DNA of 64,000 nucleotides from an uncultured Muribaculaceae bacterium (GTDB lineage Bacteria; Bacillota_I; Bacilli_A; RF39; UBA660): NCBI GenBank assembly GCA_964372145.1, contig CAYJPM010000002.1, positions 364 to 64,363 of the forward strand, read 5' to 3'. Shown piece by piece: positions 10,563 to 20,237 of this stretch (position 1 is its first letter; each line of letters starts with the position of its first letter). The notes under the pieces were generated by a model. It saw only the letters and a program-made list of their open reading frames with translations, ran no database searches and was not told where the DNA came from. The position numbers and the translations under genes were made by a program.

Positions 10563-11536
10563 CTTGTTACCTCCAAACTAATAGCATGTGAAATTCCCGG
10601 AATAGTATTATGCTGATTAACTAAATTTGGAGAATGTAATGCTCCTGTTGCTAGTAAAAGTATATTTTTATATTTTTTTACTTGCAATACTTTATTAAAT
10701 AATACTAATGGCAAGCATACTGGTCCACTTCCTCCAGCATAAGTATCTTGTGTTTTTAAAAATAGTTCACAACCGGCATCCATATATTTTCTTAATTTTA
10801 TATTATATTCAATATTAGTAAATTCTGAAAATATATTTATACCAACACATCCTAAATCTCCAGTTAATATAAGATCATAATATGATAAATCTCTATTTAA
10901 GTCTTTTAAATGTTTATTTAGAGTATGTGCCGCTGCTGGTGCCATAGCTGCTCCCATATGATTAACATCGCTTACTCCCATATCAATTACTGATCCAATA
11001 GTTGCACTCTCAATTTTAATATTTGTTTTTTTCGAAGTAATTAATGCTGCTGCTGCTCCAGTTGTTGTAAATGTTGCTGTATGTGGTCTTGGGGATCCAT
11101 ATTCTACTGGATATCTATATTGTCTTTCTGCTGTTAAATTATGTGAGCTAGTAAGTGATATAGTATTTTCTAATTTATAACTATCTACCATTATACTATT
11201 TATTAGTAAGCTTTCAGTAAATGTTGAACATGCTGAGTAAATACCTAAAAATGGTATTTTATAATCTCTTAAAGAGTAATTTGTAATAGATATTTGATTT
11301 ATTAAATCTCCACCTATTAAAAAATCTATATTTTCTTCGATTAAATTATTGTTTTTTAGTAAATTATTTATACATTCTTTTTGCATTTTAATTTCAGCTT
11401 TTTCAAAAGTTTTTTCTCCGTAGTAGTAATCATCTAATGAAATATTATAATTTTTTAATTTACTTTCTTTTTCTAATGGACCTACTATAGTAAAATAATC
11501 TTTTATATATACGTTTTTAAAAATAAAACTAGACAC
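10559..11536 (-). CDS. spoVAD: stage V sporulation protein AD
   Basis: 325 aa with thiolase/FabH-like fold signatures (IYSACSTFTESL, GGSGPVCLPL). Confidence 0.8.
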   Translation of the reverse strand: MSSFIFKNVYIKDYFTIVGPLEKESKLKNYNISLDDYYYGEKTFEKAEIKMQKECINNLLKNNNLIEENIDFLIGGDLINQISITNYSLRDYKIPFLGIYSACSTFTESLLINSIMVDSYKLENTISLTSSHNLTAERQYRYPVEYGSPRPHTATFTTTGAAAALITSKKTNIKIESATIGSVIDMGVSDVNHMGAAMAPAAAHTLNKHLKDLNRDLSYYDLILTGDLGCVGINIFSEFTNIEYNIKLRKYMDAGCELFLKTQDTYAGGSGPVCLPLVLFNKVLQVKKYKNILLLATGALHSPNLVNQHNTIPGISHAISLEVTR

Positions 11537-11966
11537 CTATTATCACCTTCACAATCACTAATATAAATGAGGATATTATTCCATATAGTATTACTGAACC
11601 GGCCAATTTAAAAAAATTTGCACCTAAACCAGTTATTAATCCATCTTTTTTATAATCTAATGCACTGCTAGTTACTGAATGTGCAAATCCTGTCGTTGGT
11701 ATAATTAATCCACATTTTAATTTTGTTATCCAATTATCAAAAAAACCTATCGCAGTAAATAACGAACCTAAAAATACTATTATAAGAGCTAAAATAGTAC
11801 TTGATACTGTTCTTGATAAAGCAAAACATATCATTAGTATATTTATTATTATTTCTCCACTTAATCCTATAAAACCACCTACTAAAAATGATGTTAATAC
11901 ATTTCTTATTCTTGGTTCTTTTGGATTATGTTTTTTTATTAATTTTTTATATTCTTCTTTATTCAA
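11529..11966 (-). CDS. spoVAC: stage V sporulation protein AC
   Basis: 145-aa multi-TM protein upstream of spoVAD, as in the clostridial spoVAC/AD/AE operon. Confidence 0.8.
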   Translation of the reverse strand: MNKEEYKKLIKKHNPKEPRIRNVLTSFLVGGFIGLSGEIIINILMICFALSRTVSSTILALIIVFLGSLFTAIGFFDNWITKLKCGLIIPTTGFAHSVTSSALDYKKDGLITGLGANFFKLAGSVILYGIISSFILVIVKVIIGV

Positions 11967-12011
11967 ATTTTATCACCAATTATATTATGTAATTAAAAAT
12001 GAGAGATTATA

Positions 12012-12656
12012 CTATGTAGTCATATAATCTCTCATTTTAGTTAGACCTTTTTTTTCATATCTTGATACCATTACTTGTGTCATTTTTAATTTTCTTGCTA
12101 CATTACATTGTGTTTCATCATTTAAATATCTTTCTAATATTATTTCTTTTTCAGGTGATGGTAACATTTCAATTCCTGAATATAATAATATTTTATCATC
12201 TTCACTTATTGTTTGATTACAAAAAACAGTTTCATGTAAGTTTCTTTCGTAATCACTTTCTGAATCAAAAGATAATAATTGAGCAGATGAGTTACAAGCG
12301 AAATCTATCGTACTTATATCAATATTTAATATCTTACTTATTTCATTATTACTTGGAATGTATCCTAATTTTTGTGCTTCTTCATATCTTGTTTTTTCAA
12401 TAATTTTATATATTTTAAGTATATCTTTACTTACTTTAATATTTTTTTTATTTGCTAATTCATACATTGAACCATATATATCAAAATATGCATAAGTACT
12501 AAATTTTGTTCCTTGGTTTGCATCATAGTTATTATATGCTTTTAATAATCCTTCGAATCCTGCTTGTATTAAATCTTCTTTCTCAACTCCATAAAATTTA
12601 TTTGCTAAACTATATATAAGTTTTGCATTTTCATTAACTATTTGTTCTTTATTCAT
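12012..12656 (-). CDS. sigF: sporulation sigma factor, SigF-like (short, 214 aa)
   Basis: Sigma-70 region 2 (DLIQAGFEGLLKAYNNYD...KFSTYAYFDIYG) and region 4 HTH (QCNVARKLKMTQVMVSRYEKKG); sits between a STAS protein and spoVA. Confidence 0.7.
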   Translation of the reverse strand: MNKEQIVNENAKLIYSLANKFYGVEKEDLIQAGFEGLLKAYNNYDANQGTKFSTYAYFDIYGSMYELANKKNIKVSKDILKIYKIIEKTRYEEAQKLGYIPSNNEISKILNIDISTIDFACNSSAQLLSFDSESDYERNLHETVFCNQTISEDDKILLYSGIEMLPSPEKEIILERYLNDETQCNVARKLKMTQVMVSRYEKKGLTKMRDYMTT

Positions 12657-12659
12657 AAT

Positions 12660-12989
12660 TTATACCTCAATTAATTTTTGAGCGTCTATTTCATCCTTTA
12701 CAATTTTTATTTTTAATTCTTTACATTCATTTTTCACAGTATCATTTACATTTGTTAAAATTAATTTACCCTTATTTAATTTTATTGCCCATTTTATTTT
12801 TAATAATGCATTTAAACCTATCAAATCCATACAGTTTAACTTTTCTAAGTTTAAAACTGAATATTTAATTTTATGTTTAAGCAATACAGGTATTAAATAA
12901 TTATTAATTTTATATACATTTTTATTTATCAATTTTCCATTTAATCTTATAAAAAGAACCCCACTATTATATTCTAAATCCATTTTCAA
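12660..12989 (-). CDS. STAS-domain anti-sigma-factor antagonist-like protein (SpoIIAA-like, no conserved phospho-Ser)
   Basis: 109-aa STAS fold. Where SpoIIAA has DSSG, this protein has CMDLIGLNALL. Lies directly upstream of sigF with a 3-nt gap. Confidence 0.6.
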   Translation of the reverse strand: MKMDLEYNSGVLFIRLNGKLINKNVYKINNYLIPVLLKHKIKYSVLNLEKLNCMDLIGLNALLKIKWAIKLNKGKLILTNVNDTVKNECKELKIKIVKDEIDAQKLIEV

Positions 12990-13069
12990 TAGTTCTCTTT
13001 TCTCCTTTTTTACTATTATAAATCATATTTTATTATAGTGTATCTTTTCGACAAAATATCAAAAAAAAA

Positions 13070-14488
13070 CTATTCGACAAGAATAGATTTTATTTTTTCT
13101 TTTGCTTCTTCAATGCTTTCTTCTATTGGATTCATCACATATAAATTTTGATGTGGGTATGTATATGTTTTATTATTACTGTCTGTACCATTTAAAGAAA
13201 TACTTTCAATATTCCAATCAACGTTGTTTGTTAATTGATATTTAACTAATTCTGAGATTTCTTCATCTGATATATTAGTAATAAATTCATCTTCTAATGA
13301 TTCTAAAATTGAACCATAATCAGTTAGTATTTTTGTACTCAATGCTTTATCTATTATACCTTCAATTATTATCTGTTGATTTTCACCTCTAACGCGATCT
13401 CCTTCGGTAAATGCATTTCTTTCTCTTGAAAAAGATAACGCTTCTTTACCATCAATTTCTTGTATTCCTTTTTTAAAATAATAACCATCTTGGGTAGTAA
13501 ATGAATAATTAGAGTTTATTTCTATTCCATCTAATGCATCAACTAAATCTATTAATGTAGTGAAATTCACTTTTAAATAATAATGAATATCAATATCTAG
13601 TAAATTTTCTATTGTATCTATTGATGCGTCTACTCCGTATAATCCTACATGAGTTAATTTATCCATTTGATTAAACATTGGAATATTTACATAATAATCT
13701 CTTGGAATAGATGTAAGAAGAATATCACCATTTTTTACATTTATAGTTGCAATAATATTGACATCACTTCTTGCAACACTGCTTACATGATTGTAGCTAT
13801 CTATACCAGAAATATATATATTAAATGTGTCTTCGATAGGATCTACATCTTTGTTATCAATATCTATTTTATATTCTACTTTAAGTGAATGGATAGACTT
13901 CATATCATCAAAGAACTCTGTATCTAATTCTTCAATTAATGACACCATTGATTTTTCAATCATTATTGCATTATCATTAGATAACTCATCCTTTATATCA
14001 TTTATATATTTTTCAATAAAATCAACGTTTATACTTTCTTTTATTTTATTAATAGCTAGATTAGTACCTTCAGTTCCACTCTTTATATAAAAAATATCTG
14101 CATTATTTAGATCATCAATATTATTATAGTTACTGCTTTCTAAAACATATATATCATAATTTTCAGTGTTATATGATTCATAACCTATTTTCTTTAAAAA
14201 TTGTAGTGTATCAAATTCATAATTTATTATCCATATTAAACCTAATGCTAAAATTATACTAAATATTATTCCTAATAATTTTATAATTATTTTTTTTGAT
14301 TTTAGTAAAAATAAAGATATCATATTTAATATAAGCAACAATCCAACCAGTGCAAAAAAATACTGGAATGGTAATAAGTTTAAATAATAAGTCAAACCCA
14401 ATGTAACAAGTGATAAAAAAACTATAATTAAGAATAAATATCTGTAAAATGTTATATTAGTTTCTTTATCTTTTTCTTTTTTTTTCAT
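13070..14488 (-). CDS. LytR-CpsA-Psr (LCP) family cell-envelope phosphotransferase
   Basis: N-terminal TM region followed by an LCP core (SIPRDYYVNIPMF...THVGLYGVDASIDTIENLLDIDIHYYL). Confidence 0.75.
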   Translation of the reverse strand: MKKKEKDKETNITFYRYLFLIIVFLSLVTLGLTYYLNLLPFQYFFALVGLLLILNMISLFLLKSKKIIIKLLGIIFSIILALGLIWIINYEFDTLQFLKKIGYESYNTENYDIYVLESSNYNNIDDLNNADIFYIKSGTEGTNLAINKIKESINVDFIEKYINDIKDELSNDNAIMIEKSMVSLIEELDTEFFDDMKSIHSLKVEYKIDIDNKDVDPIEDTFNIYISGIDSYNHVSSVARSDVNIIATINVKNGDILLTSIPRDYYVNIPMFNQMDKLTHVGLYGVDASIDTIENLLDIDIHYYLKVNFTTLIDLVDALDGIEINSNYSFTTQDGYYFKKGIQEIDGKEALSFSRERNAFTEGDRVRGENQQIIIEGIIDKALSTKILTDYGSILESLEDEFITNISDEEISELVKYQLTNNVDWNIESISLNGTDSNNKTYTYPHQNLYVMNPIEESIEEAKEKIKSILVE

Positions 14489-14543
14489 TTTAGCACCTCT
14501 TAATAACTCTATATGTTAATATAAACGAAAAAAGTAATTGTAA

Positions 14544-16190
14544 TTACTTTTTCTTATTTAATATTAATTTTGATTCAACTATAAACCATAATTGTTCTAC
14601 TGTTAATCCTGATTTTTTTATTTGACTTACATCTAAGAATAAATTTACATGTTTTACTATTACATCTATATTCGAAGGTTTTAAATTATCTTCAGTTAAA
14701 TTTATATTACTGATTCTACATTTATTTATAATTACTTTAGTTACATTATATTCTTGAAATATAGGAACCGAAGTAATAACTAAATTATTTGGATTACTAC
14801 TAAATTCATCAAACTTTTTAGTATACTCTAGTAGCTCTTCATATGATTGAGTATTAAATGTATTTTTTAGACCTTTTTTCTTGAAATAGTCAAAACTATA
14901 ATATAAATTTATAAAATCATCCATTGTTACATAATCATCTAATAATAACTTTGTTTTTTTATAAAATTTATATGAATCGACATTTTTATATAATTCTAGA
15001 AGTTGATCTGCTATATTCAATGAATCAACTCTAAGTTGTTTGATAGGTTTTTCTTCTTCTTTCTTCTGAAACATACCCATTATTTTTTTAATTCCAGATT
15101 CAGTTATTATATCACCCATAACTGTTTTGTTTATTTTAGATAATTCTTTTTCTAAATTAGATATTTGTTCAACCATTTCTTTTTTAGTTCTTTTGTCTGC
15201 ATAAGTTTTATACATCTCTTTTGAATATTCTATAAACGGAATGAATTCAACAAAATTTTTATATTCAACTATTATTTGTTTTAATTTTTTTATATCTAAG
15301 TATAATTTATCATTTATTAAATTATTTTCATTTGTATCAGAATTTTTCTGAACAACTAATGTGTTATACGCATCAGTATATAACTTACTATCTGAAAAAT
15401 AATCATTTAAATCTATTTTCTTATCTATTGCTGCGTTTATTATTTCTGGCACACCAGTTACATTTATATTTAATAGTGAAGTATGTTCTGATTTTAATTT
15501 TTTTAAACAATCCTCATAATTATTAACACCAGTTTTAGTTTTGTGCTCTTCTTGTAAATTTTCTAAGTGCAATTTTAATTTATTTTTATATTTACCAACT
15601 AGTTTTCTGAAATTATAATTAATATGATCTATTATTGCTGGATTAACCCAATAAATTTTTTCGAATATAGGCTCTAGTTTAGTAAATTTTAATTCACTAT
15701 TTTTTCTTTCTTCTATGAATATATTCATATATTCATTTACATATATAGTTGCATCAAAATCATTAGCAGTTAATGTAATATTAGCGTCTTCAAACTTAAT
15801 GAATAATTTGTTAATAAGTTTATTCATATCGATAAAACTATAATCTGCATAATGACTTAATTCATAAAACAATGCATCAAATTCTAATTTTTCATAATAT
15901 GTATTCATTGGATTTAAAATTTTTCTTAGATATTTTAAATCATTTACTACTTTTTCTTTTTGATTGTAACTATCTTTTTCACTACCTTGAGTATCACTTA
16001 CATCTATAGAATTAGCTTTTATTTCTATATATTTATTTACACCTTTAAGATATTCATTATATTTAGATTGAAAATCCACAATTTTTTCATGTATATTTTT
16101 TATATTTGCTTTGTTTTTATCTGGCATTGATTTTAGAATTTCTCTTTTAATATCAATATCATCTTTTATATAATTGTAAAAATTATTCAT
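14544..16190 (-). CDS. hypothetical cytoplasmic protein (548 aa)
   Basis: ATG at 16188-16190 (MNNFYNY) is preceded by an AAGGAGG RBS. Lys/Asn-rich, with no recognisable motif. Confidence 0.45.
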   Translation of the reverse strand: MNNFYNYIKDDIDIKREILKSMPDKNKANIKNIHEKIVDFQSKYNEYLKGVNKYIEIKANSIDVSDTQGSEKDSYNQKEKVVNDLKYLRKILNPMNTYYEKLEFDALFYELSHYADYSFIDMNKLINKLFIKFEDANITLTANDFDATIYVNEYMNIFIEERKNSELKFTKLEPIFEKIYWVNPAIIDHINYNFRKLVGKYKNKLKLHLENLQEEHKTKTGVNNYEDCLKKLKSEHTSLLNINVTGVPEIINAAIDKKIDLNDYFSDSKLYTDAYNTLVVQKNSDTNENNLINDKLYLDIKKLKQIIVEYKNFVEFIPFIEYSKEMYKTYADKRTKKEMVEQISNLEKELSKINKTVMGDIITESGIKKIMGMFQKKEEEKPIKQLRVDSLNIADQLLELYKNVDSYKFYKKTKLLLDDYVTMDDFINLYYSFDYFKKKGLKNTFNTQSYEELLEYTKKFDEFSSNPNNLVITSVPIFQEYNVTKVIINKCRISNINLTEDNLKPSNIDVIVKHVNLFLDVSQIKKSGLTVEQLWFIVESKLILNKKK

Positions 16191-16332
16191 TAGAATCCTC
16201 CTTAATTTCATACTTTGTATTCAATTTAGATAATTCTTCTAAAAAATCGTCAATCATGTAATGTAGATCTACTAATTCTTTATAACTAAGAATTGACAGA
16301 TCAAAATCAGTTGTGTTTTCCTTTTTATCCAT
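16183..16332 (-). CDS. small acidic protein (49 aa), translationally coupled to the downstream 548-aa gene
   Basis: MDKKENTTDFDLSILSYKELVDLHYMIDDFLEELSKLNTKYEIKEDSNE. GGGAG RBS precedes it and its stop overlaps the next ATG as AATGAATAA. Confidence 0.3.
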   Translation of the reverse strand: MDKKENTTDFDLSILSYKELVDLHYMIDDFLEELSKLNTKYEIKEDSNE

Positions 16333-16350
16333 ATTATTCTCCCTTTTATT

Positions 16351-17439
16351 CTATAAATCGTAACCTGCTAAATCTTTGTGTAATACTAAATCTATATTTA
16401 ATATATCTCCACTTGATTTTGTTTCTAAAGCATCTATATCTTGTCCTTCCAACCATATATACACTCTTACTTTTGTTACACCATGTTCTATTTCAAATAA
16501 CTGTTCATTTAAATTCCTTATTGTATCTTGAAAAATAAAATGATCGTTATCAAATGGTTGTAAACCATGTCCAGTGTAGTGACTTAAATTTTGACCAGCA
16601 GATATTAATGAATATGTAGGTGTGAACACTCCATCAACTAAATCAACACCATAATTCACTGCTTGGTTTATTGAATATTCGTTGTGGTCAGTACTGTAAG
16701 GTTCATAAATTACTGATTCACAATTATTTTCACATTCTAAATTTTGTACTACACTTGCTGATGCATTTTTATCACTTGTATGTCCACCTTTACTTATTCC
16801 AAGTCGCACTGTATTAAGTAAACTAACCATTTTGTCTTCGGTACCATCTTGTAATTCAATACTAGTACCTTCCCATAAATATAAGTTGTCAGCTTTTGGT
16901 GAATTACTTATATTTTTTAAAAATAAATCAAATGCAACAAAGTTTGCATATTCATTATCTTCTGAATACTCTGCAAAATCTAAATATAATTTTTTTTCTG
17001 TTTTTGAATATCTTTCTCTATATAATTCAAAGAAAGCAAATTCAAATGTATCCGAATCAGGAATACCTGATGAAGATATAGGAATTAATCCCATACTACT
17101 TACCCATTTATTATTATGATCAGGATATGTACTTGAAATACTATTTGTAATTATATTTTCATCAATAGTAACTTCACTTCCATATTCCACTCCATCTAGT
17201 GAAATATACAATCCTGTTTCTCTATTTACAGTGATTCTAACGAAATCTACTTTTGCATCTAATGTTGCAGAAAACCAAGCATATGTAGAAACTATTAAGA
17301 CTACTCCAACAATAAAGGTAAAAAATAATACCATGTTAAATTTTGATGGGGTTTTTTTCATATATTTTTTGTCTTTAGTCTTAGAAATTCTTGATTTATT
17401 AGATCCTACATTACTCTTTGTATTACTATATTTTTTCAT
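16351..17439 (-). CDS. TasA/CalY (camelysin, peptidase M73)-like secreted protein, paralog 1, with SipW-cognate signal peptide
   Basis: N-terminus K-rich then LIVSTYAWFSATLD (resembles the GTFA[FY]F SipW-cognate motif); central VAFDLFLKN; C-terminal VRVYIWLEGQDID. AAGAGGTGA RBS. Confidence 0.6.
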   Translation of the reverse strand: MKKYSNTKSNVGSNKSRISKTKDKKYMKKTPSKFNMVLFFTFIVGVVLIVSTYAWFSATLDAKVDFVRITVNRETGLYISLDGVEYGSEVTIDENIITNSISSTYPDHNNKWVSSMGLIPISSSGIPDSDTFEFAFFELYRERYSKTEKKLYLDFAEYSEDNEYANFVAFDLFLKNISNSPKADNLYLWEGTSIELQDGTEDKMVSLLNTVRLGISKGGHTSDKNASASVVQNLECENNCESVIYEPYSTDHNEYSINQAVNYGVDLVDGVFTPTYSLISAGQNLSHYTGHGLQPFDNDHFIFQDTIRNLNEQLFEIEHGVTKVRVYIWLEGQDIDALETKSSGDILNIDLVLHKDLAGYDL

Positions 17440-17464
17440 AAATCACCTCTTATTAATTAAGATT

Positions 17465-17490
17465 AAAGAGTAACCTTTCGGTTACTCTTT
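17465..17490. terminator. strong intergenic hairpin (attenuator/terminator) between TasA-like paralogs 2 and 1
   Basis: aagagtaacc-tttc-ggttactctt with T-runs on both sides, 25 nt upstream of the paralog-1 RBS. Confidence 0.45.
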
Positions 17491-17566
17491 TTTCCTAATC
17501 AGATTATTAGTTAAATATAACCATTTTTACTAATATAATTAGTTTTGTAACTTTACTTAACTTATA

Positions 17567-18850
17567 TTATGGTGTTACAACAGTATCATAACCGTTATCT
17601 AATGTACCATTAAAGTCAGTTGAAGTTTCGTATTGTTGTTTAGTAAATCCGAAGTTAACTGTTACTTCAGTTCCAAGAACTTCAGCTAAATCCATATTAT
17701 CTAAATCCATACCTTCAATATATATATATACTCTTAATTTAGTAATACTGTTTGGTGCTAAGAACATGAATGGATTTCTCGCATCACCTTCAGCAGTTTT
17801 TTCAGTATCAGTAAATGTATTATATTGTGAAGTATAAGTTGTGCTAGCAGTTTGAGAATTCATTCCATCATAGATATCTACTGCAGATCCTGCAGGGATA
17901 GCTGTATGAATTGAATTTGTTGGATAATAATTTCCATCTTCAAATGCTGTACAAGCTGTTCCAACTGAATAACTTGCTGCATTTAATAAGTCAGTAGCAC
18001 TTGCATTTCTTTGATTACAGTTATCTGCAAACCAAGTTTCTGCATTAGTGTTATGAGCTGTATCATTTGGTTCCCAAATAGTATTTCTATTTGATTGACA
18101 AATAGCAGTTACACCAGTACCAGTACCAGCACAATCAATACCTGTAATTAAAGATTGATCAGTAGATGTTCCAGCAACACGTCCTACTTGTAAGAATGCT
18201 ACTCTTATTGAATTTTCAACTCCAGCAGCAGTTTGATCTGCACTTGCAGAAGCATCTACTACAGCTTCAGAATTGTAAGTTAAGAATATTTCTTCTTCTT
18301 GTGTTGGATTATAAGCTTCGAAGTATTGAGTACCTGATGAATTTTTTATGAATAAATCAAATGCTACATATCCTTCATTTTCATCTACATATACCGCAGG
18401 TGTTCCAGCTGTTGTGTCAGCAGGTGTTACTACAGTACTGTTATCAATTGCTTCAGATAATACTTTAAATCCTCCAGCTGTTCTAGTGAAACTAGATTTT
18501 TCAAATAATGTTAATCTAGATGCAGTTGTATTTACTGTACCAGCACTAGATACTGGAACTAAACCAGTTCCCCAACTATTTGAATGTCCTGTATAAACAG
18601 TACTTGCATCTGTAGCATCAAATGTTTCCCAAGTTCCGTTTTCAATATCGATTGTATCACTCCAAGCAACACCATTAAGTGATAATTGTAAATGTTCTAT
18701 AGCAGATACTTTTACGTTGAATGTGTTAACACCAACTTCTTGTCTTCCTATAAACCATGCGAATGTAGATACAACTAGTACTACTGCGCTTAAGCCCGCA
18801 AATACTACGATATTTTGGATTTTTTTACTTTTATTTCTTTTACTTTGCAT
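17567..18850 (-). CDS. TasA/CalY-like secreted protein, paralog 2 (Ala/Thr/Gly-rich, 427 aa)
   Basis: VVSTFAWFIG leader motif, GLVPVSSAG, VAFDLFIKN, ITKLRVYIYIEGMDLDN...VNFGFTKQQ. AGGAGGAAA RBS. Confidence 0.6.
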   Translation of the reverse strand: MQSKRNKSKKIQNIVVFAGLSAVVLVVSTFAWFIGRQEVGVNTFNVKVSAIEHLQLSLNGVAWSDTIDIENGTWETFDATDASTVYTGHSNSWGTGLVPVSSAGTVNTTASRLTLFEKSSFTRTAGGFKVLSEAIDNSTVVTPADTTAGTPAVYVDENEGYVAFDLFIKNSSGTQYFEAYNPTQEEEIFLTYNSEAVVDASASADQTAAGVENSIRVAFLQVGRVAGTSTDQSLITGIDCAGTGTGVTAICQSNRNTIWEPNDTAHNTNAETWFADNCNQRNASATDLLNAASYSVGTACTAFEDGNYYPTNSIHTAIPAGSAVDIYDGMNSQTASTTYTSQYNTFTDTEKTAEGDARNPFMFLAPNSITKLRVYIYIEGMDLDNMDLAEVLGTEVTVNFGFTKQQYETSTDFNGTLDNGYDTVVTP

Positions 18851-18867
18851 ATCTATTTCCTCCTATC

Positions 18868-20223
18868 CTATATCTCATCCGAAAGTTGTTGTTTAGTAAA
18901 TCCGAAGTTAACATTGATTGATTGTCCTAAAGAAGCCCAATCGTAGTTATCAATATCTTGTCCTTCTAACCATACATAAACTCTTACTTTTGTAATACTG
19001 TTTGGTGCTAAATACATGAATGCAGGTCTGTCATCTTGATCAGCAACATCGATTGTTGTACCGTCAGCTTCATAAGTAACTCCTGTATTTTTCATAGTAT
19101 CTGTGAAATAATATCCGATACCAGCTGTATTAGCAGTTCCAGCTATAAATTCATTGTAACTATCTAATAATGTAGTAGTTTTCATATCTAAAATTTTAGG
19201 TAATGTAGATCCACTTTCATCAGTAGTAGCTGTATGACCATTAAATGCAGCTCCGTCATATACGTCTACTGCGTCAGTAGAAGCTATATTTCCAGTTACG
19301 GCATAAGTTGGTGATGCAGTTCCGTCAACTAATGTTCCACAAGTTCCTGGTGATGCAGCATCATAAGGTCTAGTAGTACAGTTATCTCCATAGAATGTTA
19401 CAGCATTTGCTGAATGTTTAGCATCATTTGGTTCCCAAATTGCAGCTGGTCTACAAATAGCGTCATCTGAAGCACAGTTTAATCCTGCAGCTGTAGCAGC
19501 ATCGATATCTCCTGTATCAGGAATTTCTACTCTTGCTATTGAAGCAAATCCTACTCTTACTGAGTTTTCTAATCCATAATTAGCAGTTCCAGCACTTACT
19601 ACTGAATCTGTAGTTAAATAAATTGCTTCTTCATTTTGAATATCTACATCATCATAATATTGTAATTCTGTAGTATTTTTTATAAATAAATCGAATGCGA
19701 TATAACCTGGATGTTCAGTAGCTCCATTGTTTGGAACTTGATTAGCCATTAATCTATATCCCCATTCTGTTGATGTTAAGTTTCCTGCTGAATCTAAATC
19801 TGTTGATGATAAACTAGCTTTATCATATAAAACTAATCTTGATGCATCAGAATCAATTTGTCCTGATGATGACATTGGAATTAATCCGTAGTGTTCAACT
19901 GTTCCTGCACCGTCATCTGATTTAATACCAGTCCATGAATTTGTGTTACCAGTATAAGCACCAGTATTATAATTTCCTTCGTTAATGTCTAAGTTAGTAT
20001 TAGTAGCTCCGCCTACAGCGTCAACTCCTCCATACCAATCAGTTCCATTAAGAGAAAATTCTAATCCTTGAGTTGGTGCAATGCTAACATTAAATTCACT
20101 AACACTTACTTCGTCAAGTGCTATGAACCATGCATATGTTGAAACTATTAAGATAATCGCAGTTAAAGTTGTAACTGCAGCTAAGTTTCTAACACTGTTT
20201 TTTCGTTTTGCTTTTTTTTGCAT
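18868..20223 (-). CDS. TasA/CalY-like secreted protein, paralog 3 (451 aa)
   Basis: IVSTYAWFIALDE, GLIPMSSSG, IAFDLFIKN, ITKVRVYVWLEGQDIDN...VNFGFTKQQ. Confidence 0.6.
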   Translation of the reverse strand: MQKKAKRKNSVRNLAAVTTLTAIILIVSTYAWFIALDEVSVSEFNVSIAPTQGLEFSLNGTDWYGGVDAVGGATNTNLDINEGNYNTGAYTGNTNSWTGIKSDDGAGTVEHYGLIPMSSSGQIDSDASRLVLYDKASLSSTDLDSAGNLTSTEWGYRLMANQVPNNGATEHPGYIAFDLFIKNTTELQYYDDVDIQNEEAIYLTTDSVVSAGTANYGLENSVRVGFASIARVEIPDTGDIDAATAAGLNCASDDAICRPAAIWEPNDAKHSANAVTFYGDNCTTRPYDAASPGTCGTLVDGTASPTYAVTGNIASTDAVDVYDGAAFNGHTATTDESGSTLPKILDMKTTTLLDSYNEFIAGTANTAGIGYYFTDTMKNTGVTYEADGTTIDVADQDDRPAFMYLAPNSITKVRVYVWLEGQDIDNYDWASLGQSINVNFGFTKQQLSDEI

Positions 20224-20237
20224 AACTTTTTCTCCTC

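Noticed and set aside
12062-12403. 113-aa plus-strand ORF
   Set aside because: Entirely antisense inside the sigF-like gene; hydrophobic low-complexity product typical of AT-rich antisense frames.
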